Source of the DNA: a virus
Taxonomy: Duplodnaviria; Caudoviricetes
Strand: one strand, 5' to 3'
DNA length: 64,000 nucleotides
Virus record (IMG/VR): IMGVR_UViG_3300034420_000109
Coordinates: 1 to 64,000 of that record
A program made the position numbers and the translations under genes. The notes beneath the pieces are model-generated. The model was given only the letters and a program-made list of their open reading frames with translations, made no database searches and was not told the origin of the DNA. The stretch's first letter is position 1. Each line of letters starts with the position of its first letter. This document shows, in pieces, positions 34,183-42,760 of the stretch.

Positions 34183-35424
34183 TTAGGCAAGGCGCCACTC
34201 CGGATAGGAAACAGGAGCGCCAGAGGGGCCCAGTCCACTGCCGGAGAAGAGGACGCCGCGCGCGCCCACGCTGTCGGGAGTGGCCGGGTCGTAGAAGGTG
34301 ATGTCCGAGGCCATGATCGGGGCATCGTAGGCGGGCGCGGTGCCTCCGGTTTTCCAGAAGACCAGGTCCACCTCGGAGATATCCGAGTCGGCCAGGGACA
34401 GGAAGGTCACCAGACCCTGATACGAGGCCTTCTCGCCGACCCGCAGGCGGTCGAAGTAGAGCCCGGCCGCCGTGGACAGGGCCGCCTGAATCTCGGTCCA
34501 GCGGGAGGCACCACCGGGGCGCAGCGAGACGCTGGCGCGGACGCAGACCTGCGCGCGGGGGACCTTCTTCACCTCCACCTTGGTCCCGGCGCCCTTGAAG
34601 CCGGGGATGGGGAGCCCGGTGCCATCGACGTAGCCCTCCACGAGCTTTGTGACCTCGGAGGCCACACCGGGGTCCAGGGCCACCGAGTCGGTGCCGTCAT
34701 CCACGAACAGCCACACCAGGCCCGAGAAGGGCACCCCGGCGGGGCGGGGATCCAGCATGAAGGGCTCCACCGTCCGCGCGTCCCGGACCTGGGGGGAGGC
34801 GGACAGGGCGGCGAACTCCAGGGCCTCCTTCGTGCCCCGGACCAGGGTGCGGAGGAAAGCCGCGAAGCGGACGGCCCGGGCGTCGGCGGTCTCGGTATCC
34901 GCCCCGCCCACGGTGCGGGCCGGGTTGGTGCAGGTGTCCACCCCGGCGATGGGGGCCACCAGGCGGGTGATGGAGTCCTGCGCCACGTTCCCGACCACAC
35001 CGGCCGTGGTGCAGCGGATCGGAATGGCCGCAGAGGCAAGCTGCCCCGCGGGGATGACACCAGCGGCCGTGGTCTCGAAGACCAGGCCGGAGGGCCCAAG
35101 CAGCTGCGCGCCGATGGGGATATTCAGGTCGGCCACGGGCGCCACGAAGGCGCCGAAGGCGACACCCCCGATGGCCCGCTGGGGAGGGAGGAACCCGAAC
35201 CCGAAGGCCTGGAAGCAGGACTCGGAGATCGCCACCACAACCTCACGCGCAAACCGCTGGTCGGACTCCTCGAGGAGCAGGGCAATGGACTCGACGTGGG
35301 CGCGGTCAATGGCCCCGACGTTGAGGTCCGTGGGGAGCAGCCCTGCGGATACATCGGGGTCCGAAGCCGCGAAGGCCAGAAGGGCACTCGAAATGGCCTG
35401 CTGCGAGCGGGGCGTGAACGACAC
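34183..35424 (-). CDS. Baseplate J-like wedge protein
   Basis: IRCTTAGVVGNV...I...I.GV...TN....GGAD.ET....RF..FL..L.RGT..AL. Confidence 0.9.
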   Translation of the reverse strand: MSFTPRSQQAISSALLAFAASDPDVSAGLLPTDLNVGAIDRAHVESIALLLEESDQRFAREVVVAISESCFQAFGFGFLPPQRAIGGVAFGAFVAPVADLNIPIGAQLLGPSGLVFETTAAGVIPAGQLASAAIPIRCTTAGVVGNVAQDSITRLVAPIAGVDTCTNPARTVGGADTETADARAVRFAAFLRTLVRGTKEALEFAALSASPQVRDARTVEPFMLDPRPAGVPFSGLVWLFVDDGTDSVALDPGVASEVTKLVEGYVDGTGLPIPGFKGAGTKVEVKKVPRAQVCVRASVSLRPGGASRWTEIQAALSTAAGLYFDRLRVGEKASYQGLVTFLSLADSDISEVDLVFWKTGGTAPAYDAPIMASDITFYDPATPDSVGARGVLFSGSGLGPSGAPVSYPEWRLA

Positions 35425-35439
35425 GGAACACCTCCAGGA

Positions 35440-36981
35440 TCAGGATACCGAGCCCGAGAGGGTCACGGTCCCAAGCGGGGTGACCACCTCGGCGGAGACT
35501 TCGACCGCGTTCCCCACGAAAGAGGCCACAGGGTTGTTCACGCCGAGGACCCGGGGGTCCGCCTGCAGGGAATCCACGACGTCTGCCCGGGCGGCCATCA
35601 CCAGGGCCACATCCGAGGCCGACCCGATCATCGCCTTCAGCCCGGAGCCGTAGCTGGGGTGCCAAGGAATCCGCCCACGAGGGGTGAGTAGGCGGCGCAG
35701 CAGGGCCGCGACCATGTTCTCGGTCCCACCCTGCAGGTCCCCCGCGTGGGCGGGAAGGTCCGGGGTGTCCGTTCCGATTGGGTCGTCCGCAACCCCGATG
35801 ACCCCAGGAGAGGCCGGGAGGGGCAGCTTGAGGGTGGCAGTGGCGCCGAGGACACGAAGGCCCGCGTAGGCCCCGCCAGGGGCCCCGCCGGGCCCGGAAA
35901 AGTCCACATAGGGGAAGTCCAGCTGGTTCACGGTGACCAGTTCGACCCAGCGCGCGGCATCGCCCAGCACACGAGAGGCGATGGCCTGGAGGGAATCACC
36001 GGGGGACAGCGCGACGAAGACGGGGCGGTTCAGCGACGTGGTGCGCCGGGCCGTCAGGGTGGACTGGACCGCGCCGGAGCGCCGGAACTGTTCGGCCGCC
36101 ATGCGCGCATCGCCGAGGAACTGCCGGACCTCGTAGATGGTGCCGCGGATTGCGTTCTTGGCGTCATCCTGGAAGTCAGCCACGGAGAGCGCCTGGAGGA
36201 TGCCGGAGCAAAGCTGGGCGGACCCGCGCACCAGGTCGGTCACCTGGTAGACCGCATCCCGTGAACCGGCCGTGAAGTCTTTGATCCGCCCGCGGACCAG
36301 GGCCAGCTTGGACCGCAGGTCCCGGACGTCCTGGAGCACCGAAAGAGCCCCCATCCACCCCTGAGTGGCGCTGCCCAAGAGGGAGTCGAGGGCGTCGGCC
36401 TTCTTCACCAGCGCATCCGGGTCCACCAGGGCCGCCGGATCGGGAGAGGGCTCGATCCGGAAGGGGGCGAGCATGGTCAGCGTGACCGCCCAGTCCCAGG
36501 CGTGGGGGCGGGAGACGGAGCGGGTATCGGTAGGGAAGGACTCGGGCCACACCAGGTAGGCCTCGTCCTGGGGGTTCGACCACCCGCCGCCAACCATGCG
36601 CCAGACCATCCGGAGCCCCTGGCGCCCGGTGCGGCCCCGCTCGTCGTTGGCGGTCACGAAGGCCGAGAAGAACTCGATCAGCCGGTCCCGCGCCTGCTTG
36701 CCGAGAGAGGGCGTCTGGGCGTCCACAAAGGGGCCCACACCATGGGTGCCCTGGATGGTGATGCGCCCCAACCCCTCGCCGCCGGTCACGATGGAGATCC
36801 CGCGCCCAAGATCCTTCAGGACCTCGGCCCGGATGTTCCGCTGGATCTGCAGCGCCTGGGGGGCCATGCGGAGCGTTACCGCGGGATGGACGCCCGCGAA
36901 CTCCATCTGGGAGGGCTGCGCGCCGAACTCGTCCAGTGCCGTGAGGAGATACCAGGACTGGACGCCGAGTTCATCAGTCAT
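35440..36981 (-). CDS. Fusion of tube initiator, LysM and gp25/gpW-like domains
   Basis: LysM PGDSLQAIASRVLGDAARW.EL..VN.L; C-terminal AL.RRLLTPRG..PWHPSYGSGL...DPRV. Confidence 0.8.
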   Translation of the reverse strand: MTDELGVQSWYLLTALDEFGAQPSQMEFAGVHPAVTLRMAPQALQIQRNIRAEVLKDLGRGISIVTGGEGLGRITIQGTHGVGPFVDAQTPSLGKQARDRLIEFFSAFVTANDERGRTGRQGLRMVWRMVGGGWSNPQDEAYLVWPESFPTDTRSVSRPHAWDWAVTLTMLAPFRIEPSPDPAALVDPDALVKKADALDSLLGSATQGWMGALSVLQDVRDLRSKLALVRGRIKDFTAGSRDAVYQVTDLVRGSAQLCSGILQALSVADFQDDAKNAIRGTIYEVRQFLGDARMAAEQFRRSGAVQSTLTARRTTSLNRPVFVALSPGDSLQAIASRVLGDAARWVELVTVNQLDFPYVDFSGPGGAPGGAYAGLRVLGATATLKLPLPASPGVIGVADDPIGTDTPDLPAHAGDLQGGTENMVAALLRRLLTPRGRIPWHPSYGSGLKAMIGSASDVALVMAARADVVDSLQADPRVLGVNNPVASFVGNAVEVSAEVVTPLGTVTLSGSVS

Positions 36982-36990
36982 GGCACACCC

Positions 36991-37800
36991 CTACAGGATC
37001 GAAATGGCGGACGTTCCCTCCCAGGCATCGAGCACCTGGGTCTGGATCTCGTCGGCCTCTTTCGACAGCCGCTCTTCCAGATCCTTGAAGACGTAGCCGG
37101 AGGCGCGCGAGATTGAAAGGCCATCCGCAGACTTACTGGTGACCTGCGTCGGATTGATCCTCTGCGCCAAGGCGGGGAGGGTGATGACGGCCGCGCGCAG
37201 GGCCACCAGGCGGCGGATCTGGGGATACAGCCTCCAGTCATCCTCGGTCATCCCGGCGCGGTAGTTGAAGATCACGCCGTCGGGGATTCGCTGGCGCATC
37301 CAGTTAAAAAGGCCAAAGGGGAGGTTCGGCATCACCAGGGACGCCCCCCCGAAGTTTGGCATCAGGGTAAGCGTCCCGAAGTAGGGGTCGATCCTGAACC
37401 ACTCCGGGTGCAGGTCCACACCAGGAGCCGGGGCGCCGGGGAGACGGAGGGTCCCGCCCTTCAGTTCCAGCAGGGGGCGAATCCGAACACGGAACTCCAG
37501 GAAGCCCGAGCTTGGAGAAAGGGACGGCCAGAGGTAGGGCCCCTCGATCTCAACAGCCTCTGTGGCCGGGGGGCCGACGGTGGCCGGTGTGCCTGCCGGA
37601 CGCGGACCCGCTCCGTCCCAACCCGTGAACTCGGTCGGGGCGAAGCGGGTTGAAAGCCGCTGCTGAACGGCCGCCGAAGCCTCCTCGACAAACGCCGCAA
37701 GAGAGGTGTCGTCGATCACCGCCGCATACCGCGCCCCCGCCCCAATGAGGGGCGCGAGCACAGTGGAGCGGACATAGGCGCCATCGACCTGCAGCGACAT
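36991..37800 (-). CDS. Head-tail adaptor (neck) protein
   Basis: Downstream of the capsid gene; S.SADGLS.S motif; LPGAP....HPEW RID. Confidence 0.65.
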   Translation of the reverse strand: MSLQVDGAYVRSTVLAPLIGAGARYAAVIDDTSLAAFVEEASAAVQQRLSTRFAPTEFTGWDGAGPRPAGTPATVGPPATEAVEIEGPYLWPSLSPSSGFLEFRVRIRPLLELKGGTLRLPGAPAPGVDLHPEWFRIDPYFGTLTLMPNFGGASLVMPNLPFGLFNWMRQRIPDGVIFNYRAGMTEDDWRLYPQIRRLVALRAAVITLPALAQRINPTQVTSKSADGLSISRASGYVFKDLEERLSKEADEIQTQVLDAWEGTSAISIL

Positions 37801-37812
37801 GCGGTCCTCCTA

Positions 37813-38406
37813 CTAGACCTCGGGGGTGGGAGGGGGGAACCGGACGGCGATCTCGGCCTTCACCGCATCCAGCATCTCCAGCATCTTCGAGTCGTCGGGG
37901 TTCATTTCCAGCCCGAAGGTGGACTTTGCCAGGGCGGCAATTTCCGACTTCGAGCGGAGAACGGCGAAGGGGGCGAAGGCGGAGGCGCGCGCATCTTCGA
38001 TGGAGGGACCGCTGGCGCCGGGAGCATCCGCGGGCACCACGGGCGAGACCGGGGAGGTCGCAGGCACGACGGGCTCCAGGGCGCCGGAAGCGATGGCGGA
38101 TCGCTGCAGGGCAGCGGCGGCCTCGGCATCCGCGGTCGGCACGGCACCAGGAATGGGGGCCACCGGGACGACGGGGGCGACGGGGGAATCCACCGGGGGC
38201 GGCGGGATTTCCAGCGAGGCGTCCTCGAGGAAGAAGGGGGAGCCCTCCACACCGAGCAGGAACTTGTGGAAGTCCTTCTCGGCGACATCGGCGCCCCACA
38301 GGGTGTCGGGCCCGGGGAACTCACCCTCGGCCGCGAGGCAATCGAAGGTGTAGCCGTGGATCGTCGGGGGGGAGTAGGGCTTTCCTTTGTGCAGGACCAG
38401 AGCCAT
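37813..38406 (-). CDS. Hypothetical head-associated protein (Pro/Ala linker, small C-terminal helical domain)
   Basis: Composition and position after the capsid gene. Confidence 0.6.
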   Translation of the reverse strand: MALVLHKGKPYSPPTIHGYTFDCLAAEGEFPGPDTLWGADVAEKDFHKFLLGVEGSPFFLEDASLEIPPPPVDSPVAPVVPVAPIPGAVPTADAEAAAALQRSAIASGALEPVVPATSPVSPVVPADAPGASGPSIEDARASAFAPFAVLRSKSEIAALAKSTFGLEMNPDDSKMLEMLDAVKAEIAVRFPPPTPEV

Positions 38407-38506
38407 AAGGCCTCCTCAGAAGTCCCCTTTATCCTACACGCCCCAAACGAAGAAGGCACCCCGAAGGGGCTTCCATCTTCAAGGGAGGGGAGGCATCGTG
38501 GGTGGC

Positions 38507-39169
38507 ATGGAATCCCCCACTGAATGGATCCCCCTAGCCAAGACGCCCCGGAACGGCGGAATCTACCAAATCCACTGCATCCCCACCGGAGAAAGCTATG
38601 TGGGGATGACAACCGGAAGCCTTCAGCGGCGCCTCCACTTCCAGCACCGGGCCGATCTTCGGAAGGGGCGCCACTTCAACCGGCGACTTCAGGAGGCATG
38701 GAATAAATACGGAGAACCCGCATTCGCCAGCGGGATCCTGGAAGACATGCCTGGAACCACAGCCGCCAAGATCGCCGAGCGTGAGCGGCACTGGATTGCG
38801 CGCCTCGGGACATTTATGGCCGGATTTAACCAATCAGAGGGTGGAGAAGCCCCCGCCCTTGGATATCGGTTCACGCCAGAGCAGCGAGAGAAGATGAGCC
38901 GGTCCCACAAGGGGAAAACACGAACCTTCACGGAGGAGCACAAGGCCAACATCCAGAAAGCGCGCGCGGGGAAGAAGTTGAGTCCAGAACATCGCGCCAA
39001 GATCGCGGAGGCCGGGAAAGGGCGCACCGCGACGGAAGAGACGAGGGGACGCCTGCGAGTAGCGCAAAAGGCGAGGCCACCAAGAAAACCACTCACAATG
39101 GAACACAGGGCCAAAATTAGCGCGGCCATGACCGGCAAAAAGAAAGGGCCCCGAAGGGCCCAATCTTGA
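38507..39169 (+). CDS. Free-standing GIY-YIG homing endonuclease with NUMOD3 repeats
   Basis: GIYQI.C..TGESYVG...RR..QH...L; E.E..WI; N...GGE; repeated (T/S).EH(K/R)AKI. Confidence 0.9.
   Translation: MESPTEWIPLAKTPRNGGIYQIHCIPTGESYVGMTTGSLQRRLHFQHRADLRKGRHFNRRLQEAWNKYGEPAFASGILEDMPGTTAAKIAERERHWIARLGTFMAGFNQSEGGEAPALGYRFTPEQREKMSRSHKGKTRTFTEEHKANIQKARAGKKLSPEHRAKIAEAGKGRTATEETRGRLRVAQKARPPRKPLTMEHRAKISAAMTGKKKGPRRAQS
39137..39161 (-). terminator. Rho-independent terminator after the major capsid gene
   Basis: GGGCCC-TTCG-GGGCCC-TTTCTTTTT. Confidence 0.85.
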
Positions 39170-39181
39170 GACCAAGCCGAA

Positions 39182-40675
39182 TCACAGCTTGGTGAACGGC
39201 AACCACGTTGCTCCGGTCGGAATGATGTTCTTCACCACCCCGTGGTGCTTGGGGAGGGCGACCCGGAGGGCGCCGACCAAGAACGCGCCCCACTTGTAGC
39301 TGAGATCATTCAGCGCGAAGGGGATCTTGGTCATGGGGAGCATCTGGACCCAGCGGAGGCTGGCGGGCTCGGGGGTGAGCAGCACCGTGTAGCTGGCGCC
39401 GGGCAGGACCGTGTTCAGGTCGGTCCAGGTGGTGGTGGCACCGGCCTTGAGGACCGTGGCCACGAGCCGGTAGTCCGAGGGGTCGGTGGAGCCAGCCTGG
39501 CGGCTGCGGTAGATCTTGTAGTGGGTTTCCTTGTTCGTCGCGGAGGCGCTGATCACCACGTCGAAGCTGCGGCCCGCGACCATGGTGGCGGGGGCGGAGA
39601 TGGCGAGCAGGGAGACCTCGCCGGGGGTGCAGGCTTCCACGGCGTAAGTGTAGTTCCCGGCCACGGCCCACTTGTAGGTCCCGGTGGCCTTGTCCAGCCA
39701 CTTCGAGCCCGCGGTGGCGCCGACAGAGACGGTGGCGGTGACGCCAGCCGGGGCCGCGGCGGTGCAGAGGGCGGCGCTCGAGGCCGAGACCGGCTTCTTG
39801 GTCTCGTTCAGGAAGGCGCTGGGGTCGAAGTCGATGGTGCCGTCGGCCGCAGCCACGCTGGAGTAGCGCATGCCACGGGTCAGGACGCCGACCTGGGTGG
39901 AGGGCACGCCGCTGTCGAGGTTCACGCGGTAGCCGCTCTCGAGGTAGGAATCGAGGTCGGCCTTCACGAGACCCGACATGAAGGACAGGGACGGCTTGCC
40001 CCAGTTCCCCTCGTCCGTGATCTTGTTCGCCAGCAGGCTGAGGGGGCCGTGGCTGGCGAGGGGCTCGCCGTTCAGGTCCACCACGTTCTGCGGGGCGTTC
40101 GCGGTCACGGCGGCGATGATGCCGGTCGTGGCGTAGGGGTTCTTGGTCTTGTCGCCGAGGAAGAGGTCCGTCTCCAGGGAGTAGAGGATCTCGAGGGCGG
40201 CGTTGACGTCTTCCTCGTCGATGGCGCTGAAGTCCACGATGCCCTGCTTGTTCTGCAAGGTGGCCTGGATGCTGGTGATGATGGAGGCCGAACGCCGGGA
40301 GAAGTAGGTCCCGAGTTCGGTGATGAGGCGGGTGTAGTCACCCTGCCGCTCCACCTGGCCGGAGCCCAGTTCGTTCGCGTTGGCGGAACCGGCGAAGGCG
40401 CCGATGCCCGTCTTCACGACGGCCTGGTCCAGCACAGACCAGGACTCGCGGCGGTTCGGCAGGATGCGCTTGAAGAACTTGAAGTGCTCCTGCTTCACGG
40501 TCGCGGAGGCCAGGACGGGGTCCATGTTCTCCACGCGGAAGGAACCACCCGCGGTGAGGGCCGAGAGGTCGGTCCCCTGCCCCATGGTCTGGAGGGCCTT
40601 GGTGATTTCGGCCAGCGCCGGAGAGGCCCCGGAATCACCCAGGGCGGAGAGGATGTCGAGGGGGCCAGTGTTCAT
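39182..40675 (-). CDS. Major capsid protein (SPO1/Twort-like HK97 fold)
   Basis: EITKA/LQT...AGGSFRVENMD; EEDVNA..ILYSLETDLFLGD; 497 aa. Confidence 0.92.
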   Translation of the reverse strand: MNTGPLDILSALGDSGASPALAEITKALQTMGQGTDLSALTAGGSFRVENMDPVLASATVKQEHFKFFKRILPNRRESWSVLDQAVVKTGIGAFAGSANANELGSGQVERQGDYTRLITELGTYFSRRSASIITSIQATLQNKQGIVDFSAIDEEDVNAALEILYSLETDLFLGDKTKNPYATTGIIAAVTANAPQNVVDLNGEPLASHGPLSLLANKITDEGNWGKPSLSFMSGLVKADLDSYLESGYRVNLDSGVPSTQVGVLTRGMRYSSVAAADGTIDFDPSAFLNETKKPVSASSAALCTAAAPAGVTATVSVGATAGSKWLDKATGTYKWAVAGNYTYAVEACTPGEVSLLAISAPATMVAGRSFDVVISASATNKETHYKIYRSRQAGSTDPSDYRLVATVLKAGATTTWTDLNTVLPGASYTVLLTPEPASLRWVQMLPMTKIPFALNDLSYKWGAFLVGALRVALPKHHGVVKNIIPTGATWLPFTKL

Positions 40676-40738
40676 GGCGCTTTCTCCTCATGTGCCCGGC
40701 GAAGCCGGGACGGGGGTTGGAAGGGGGGCGGGATTGCC

Positions 40739-41620
40739 CTAGAGGTTGACGGGGATGCCGTAGTTGATGGCGCGGTTGGCGCTGGCGATCTGGGTGGGCG
40801 AGTGCTTCCCCTCCAGGGCCATCTTGAAGAGGTCGTTGCTCGTGACCTTGGGTGCGCCGCCGCCATCGGACAGGGCCTTGGAGACATCCACCTGGGCCTT
40901 GGAGGGCATGGCGGGGGCGGTCTTGATGATCCCCGCCAGCTGCGCGGCCGTGGCTTCGGCCGTGGCCTTGGCGGCGTCGGCGGCCTCCAGGGACTTGCCG
41001 ATCTCGGTGCTCAGGGCGACGGTCTTCTTGGACATTTCAGCCAAGAATCCGGCGATGGCGTCCAGGACCTTGTTCTGGTTCTCCTGGCCTTCCACGATAC
41101 GCTTAAGGAGTTCGACACCATGCCCAACAGGCATAAGGCTTTCGGTGGGATCTCCTTCTGTTCCACTGAAACCTTCTGACTTGCAGCAGCAGGGAGTTTT
41201 CCCGCATTTATGGCAACAGGATAGAGCCTTGGCAATTTCTTCGGCGGGGATCTTGTGGTGCTGGGCCAGGAAGGTAATGGAGGCCAGGATTTCAGCCTTG
41301 GTGACCTCGCCCTCGTCCTCCTCGTCGTCAGAGCCAGGGCCAGGGCCGCCGGATTCGTCGTCGCCTGAACCGCCAGCGCCTCCTTCCTGGCCTTCGCCGC
41401 CCGGGGCACCACCCTCACCGCCAGCCTGGGCCGCGGCGGCCTGACCAGCCTGCGATTCACTGCGCGCCGCTTCAAGCTGCTCGTCAGTGGGGGCGCCACC
41501 CTCGGCGCGGGGGTCCTTGCCCTGGATGGCGTCGGGGTCTTCCGCGCCAGGCTGGGCCTTGGCGACGGTGCCACCGAGAAGAAGGGTCTGGGCGAACTCG
41601 AGGATGGAGAGGGCGGACAT
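40739..41620 (-). CDS. Scaffold-like protein
   Basis: Between protease and capsid genes; acidic Gly-rich and coiled-coil segments; many xxKA/KS motifs. Confidence 0.7.
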   Translation of the reverse strand: MSALSILEFAQTLLLGGTVAKAQPGAEDPDAIQGKDPRAEGGAPTDEQLEAARSESQAGQAAAAQAGGEGGAPGGEGQEGGAGGSGDDESGGPGPGSDDEEDEGEVTKAEILASITFLAQHHKIPAEEIAKALSCCHKCGKTPCCCKSEGFSGTEGDPTESLMPVGHGVELLKRIVEGQENQNKVLDAIAGFLAEMSKKTVALSTEIGKSLEAADAAKATAEATAAQLAGIIKTAPAMPSKAQVDVSKALSDGGGAPKVTSNDLFKMALEGKHSPTQIASANRAINYGIPVNL

Positions 41621-41629
41621 GGGTGCCTC

Positions 41630-42640
41630 CTACCGGGTGGAAGCCGCAGGATCTGCGGGGTTGGGGTCGAGAGCGAACTGCTTACCCGATCCGAGGAGGG
41701 CCAGGAGGTAGGCCATGCCCTCGGCGGGGGTGATTCCAGCGTTAACCACGCGGGCCAGCCACTCGGTCATCGAGAAGGGGGGGCGGGCGTCGAGGATGGC
41801 CTGCTTGATGAGTTCCGCCTTGTCTTCAGTCAGGCGAAGACCGGCGGGGATCGAGCCGCCGTCGGCCTGGGGCACCATGATCCCAGCAGCGCGCAGGGCG
41901 GAGTCGGCATCGGCCGGAGCCGGGGCGCCCTTGAAGGAAGAGAGCAGGTTCAGCGCCACGGAGAGGTCGGTGCCGGGGCGCATGGCCTTGGCGAAAACCT
42001 CAAGGGGAACGGTCGAGACCTGCTGAACGCCAGTGTTGACCGGATTCCTGGAGAAGCCGATGGAGTGCCAGCGTAGCTTCTTGATGGTGCGGGACCCGTC
42101 GGCGCCGTCCTCCCGGCCGCCGGGTAGCAGGGACCCAGCAACCGATGGATACCAAATCGCGGGGGGGCGGACCTGCAGGGTGTCCCAAAACCAATTGGCG
42201 GCGCGCGCGAATTGATTGCCAGGATCGGAGGACTTGAAGATGGCGGCCTTGACCCAGACGCGGGGAATGTCGCCAGCCTTCCGGGTGATCCGGACATCAA
42301 GGGGGCGACCGATTTCACGGGCGTAGGGATTCGAGGGATCCAGCCGGGTCTCGCGGATCATCTGCCAGACGGTGGCGTGGTCCAGATCGATGCGGCCGTA
42401 TTTGAGGAAGTAGTCCTTGGAGGTCTCCAGGGCTTCCGCCAGGATCCGCTCGTTCTGCACATCGCGGGCCTCGTTGGAGGCCTCCATGTAGAGGACGCGC
42501 TCGCCACCCTCGATGGCAGGGGTGGCCTTGCAGAACTGGGTGCCGCAGTCGAGGGAGAGGATCGGCGCTTCAGTGGAGCCCGCGGCCAACCCCACACTCG
42601 TGAGGATAGCGGCTGCGTTTTTGAGAACCCCGGTGTCCAT
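41630..42640 (-). CDS. Prohead maturation protease
   Basis: EASNE.RD.Q.E.I, YFLKYG.IDLDH, IGRP, W.PSVAG, W..IGFS.NPVN. Confidence 0.85.
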   Translation of the reverse strand: MDTGVLKNAAAILTSVGLAAGSTEAPILSLDCGTQFCKATPAIEGGERVLYMEASNEARDVQNERILAEALETSKDYFLKYGRIDLDHATVWQMIRETRLDPSNPYAREIGRPLDVRITRKAGDIPRVWVKAAIFKSSDPGNQFARAANWFWDTLQVRPPAIWYPSVAGSLLPGGREDGADGSRTIKKLRWHSIGFSRNPVNTGVQQVSTVPLEVFAKAMRPGTDLSVALNLLSSFKGAPAPADADSALRAAGIMVPQADGGSIPAGLRLTEDKAELIKQAILDARPPFSMTEWLARVVNAGITPAEGMAYLLALLGSGKQFALDPNPADPAASTR

Positions 42641-42760
42641 GCGACGAAGTATGCCACCCGGGAATTGGCCGATTTCCAATTGTTGCGGGACCCGCCTTTA
42701 CTCCAGATTGCACCGCCAAGGGCCGCGGCATGAGAAAATCCGGCATCCCGGGAGGACGCC

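Noticed and set aside
42690-42745. Sigma70 promoters for 42761, 60550 and 62653
   Set aside because: Candidate -35 and -10 boxes do not give acceptable spacing or consensus, so they were not called.
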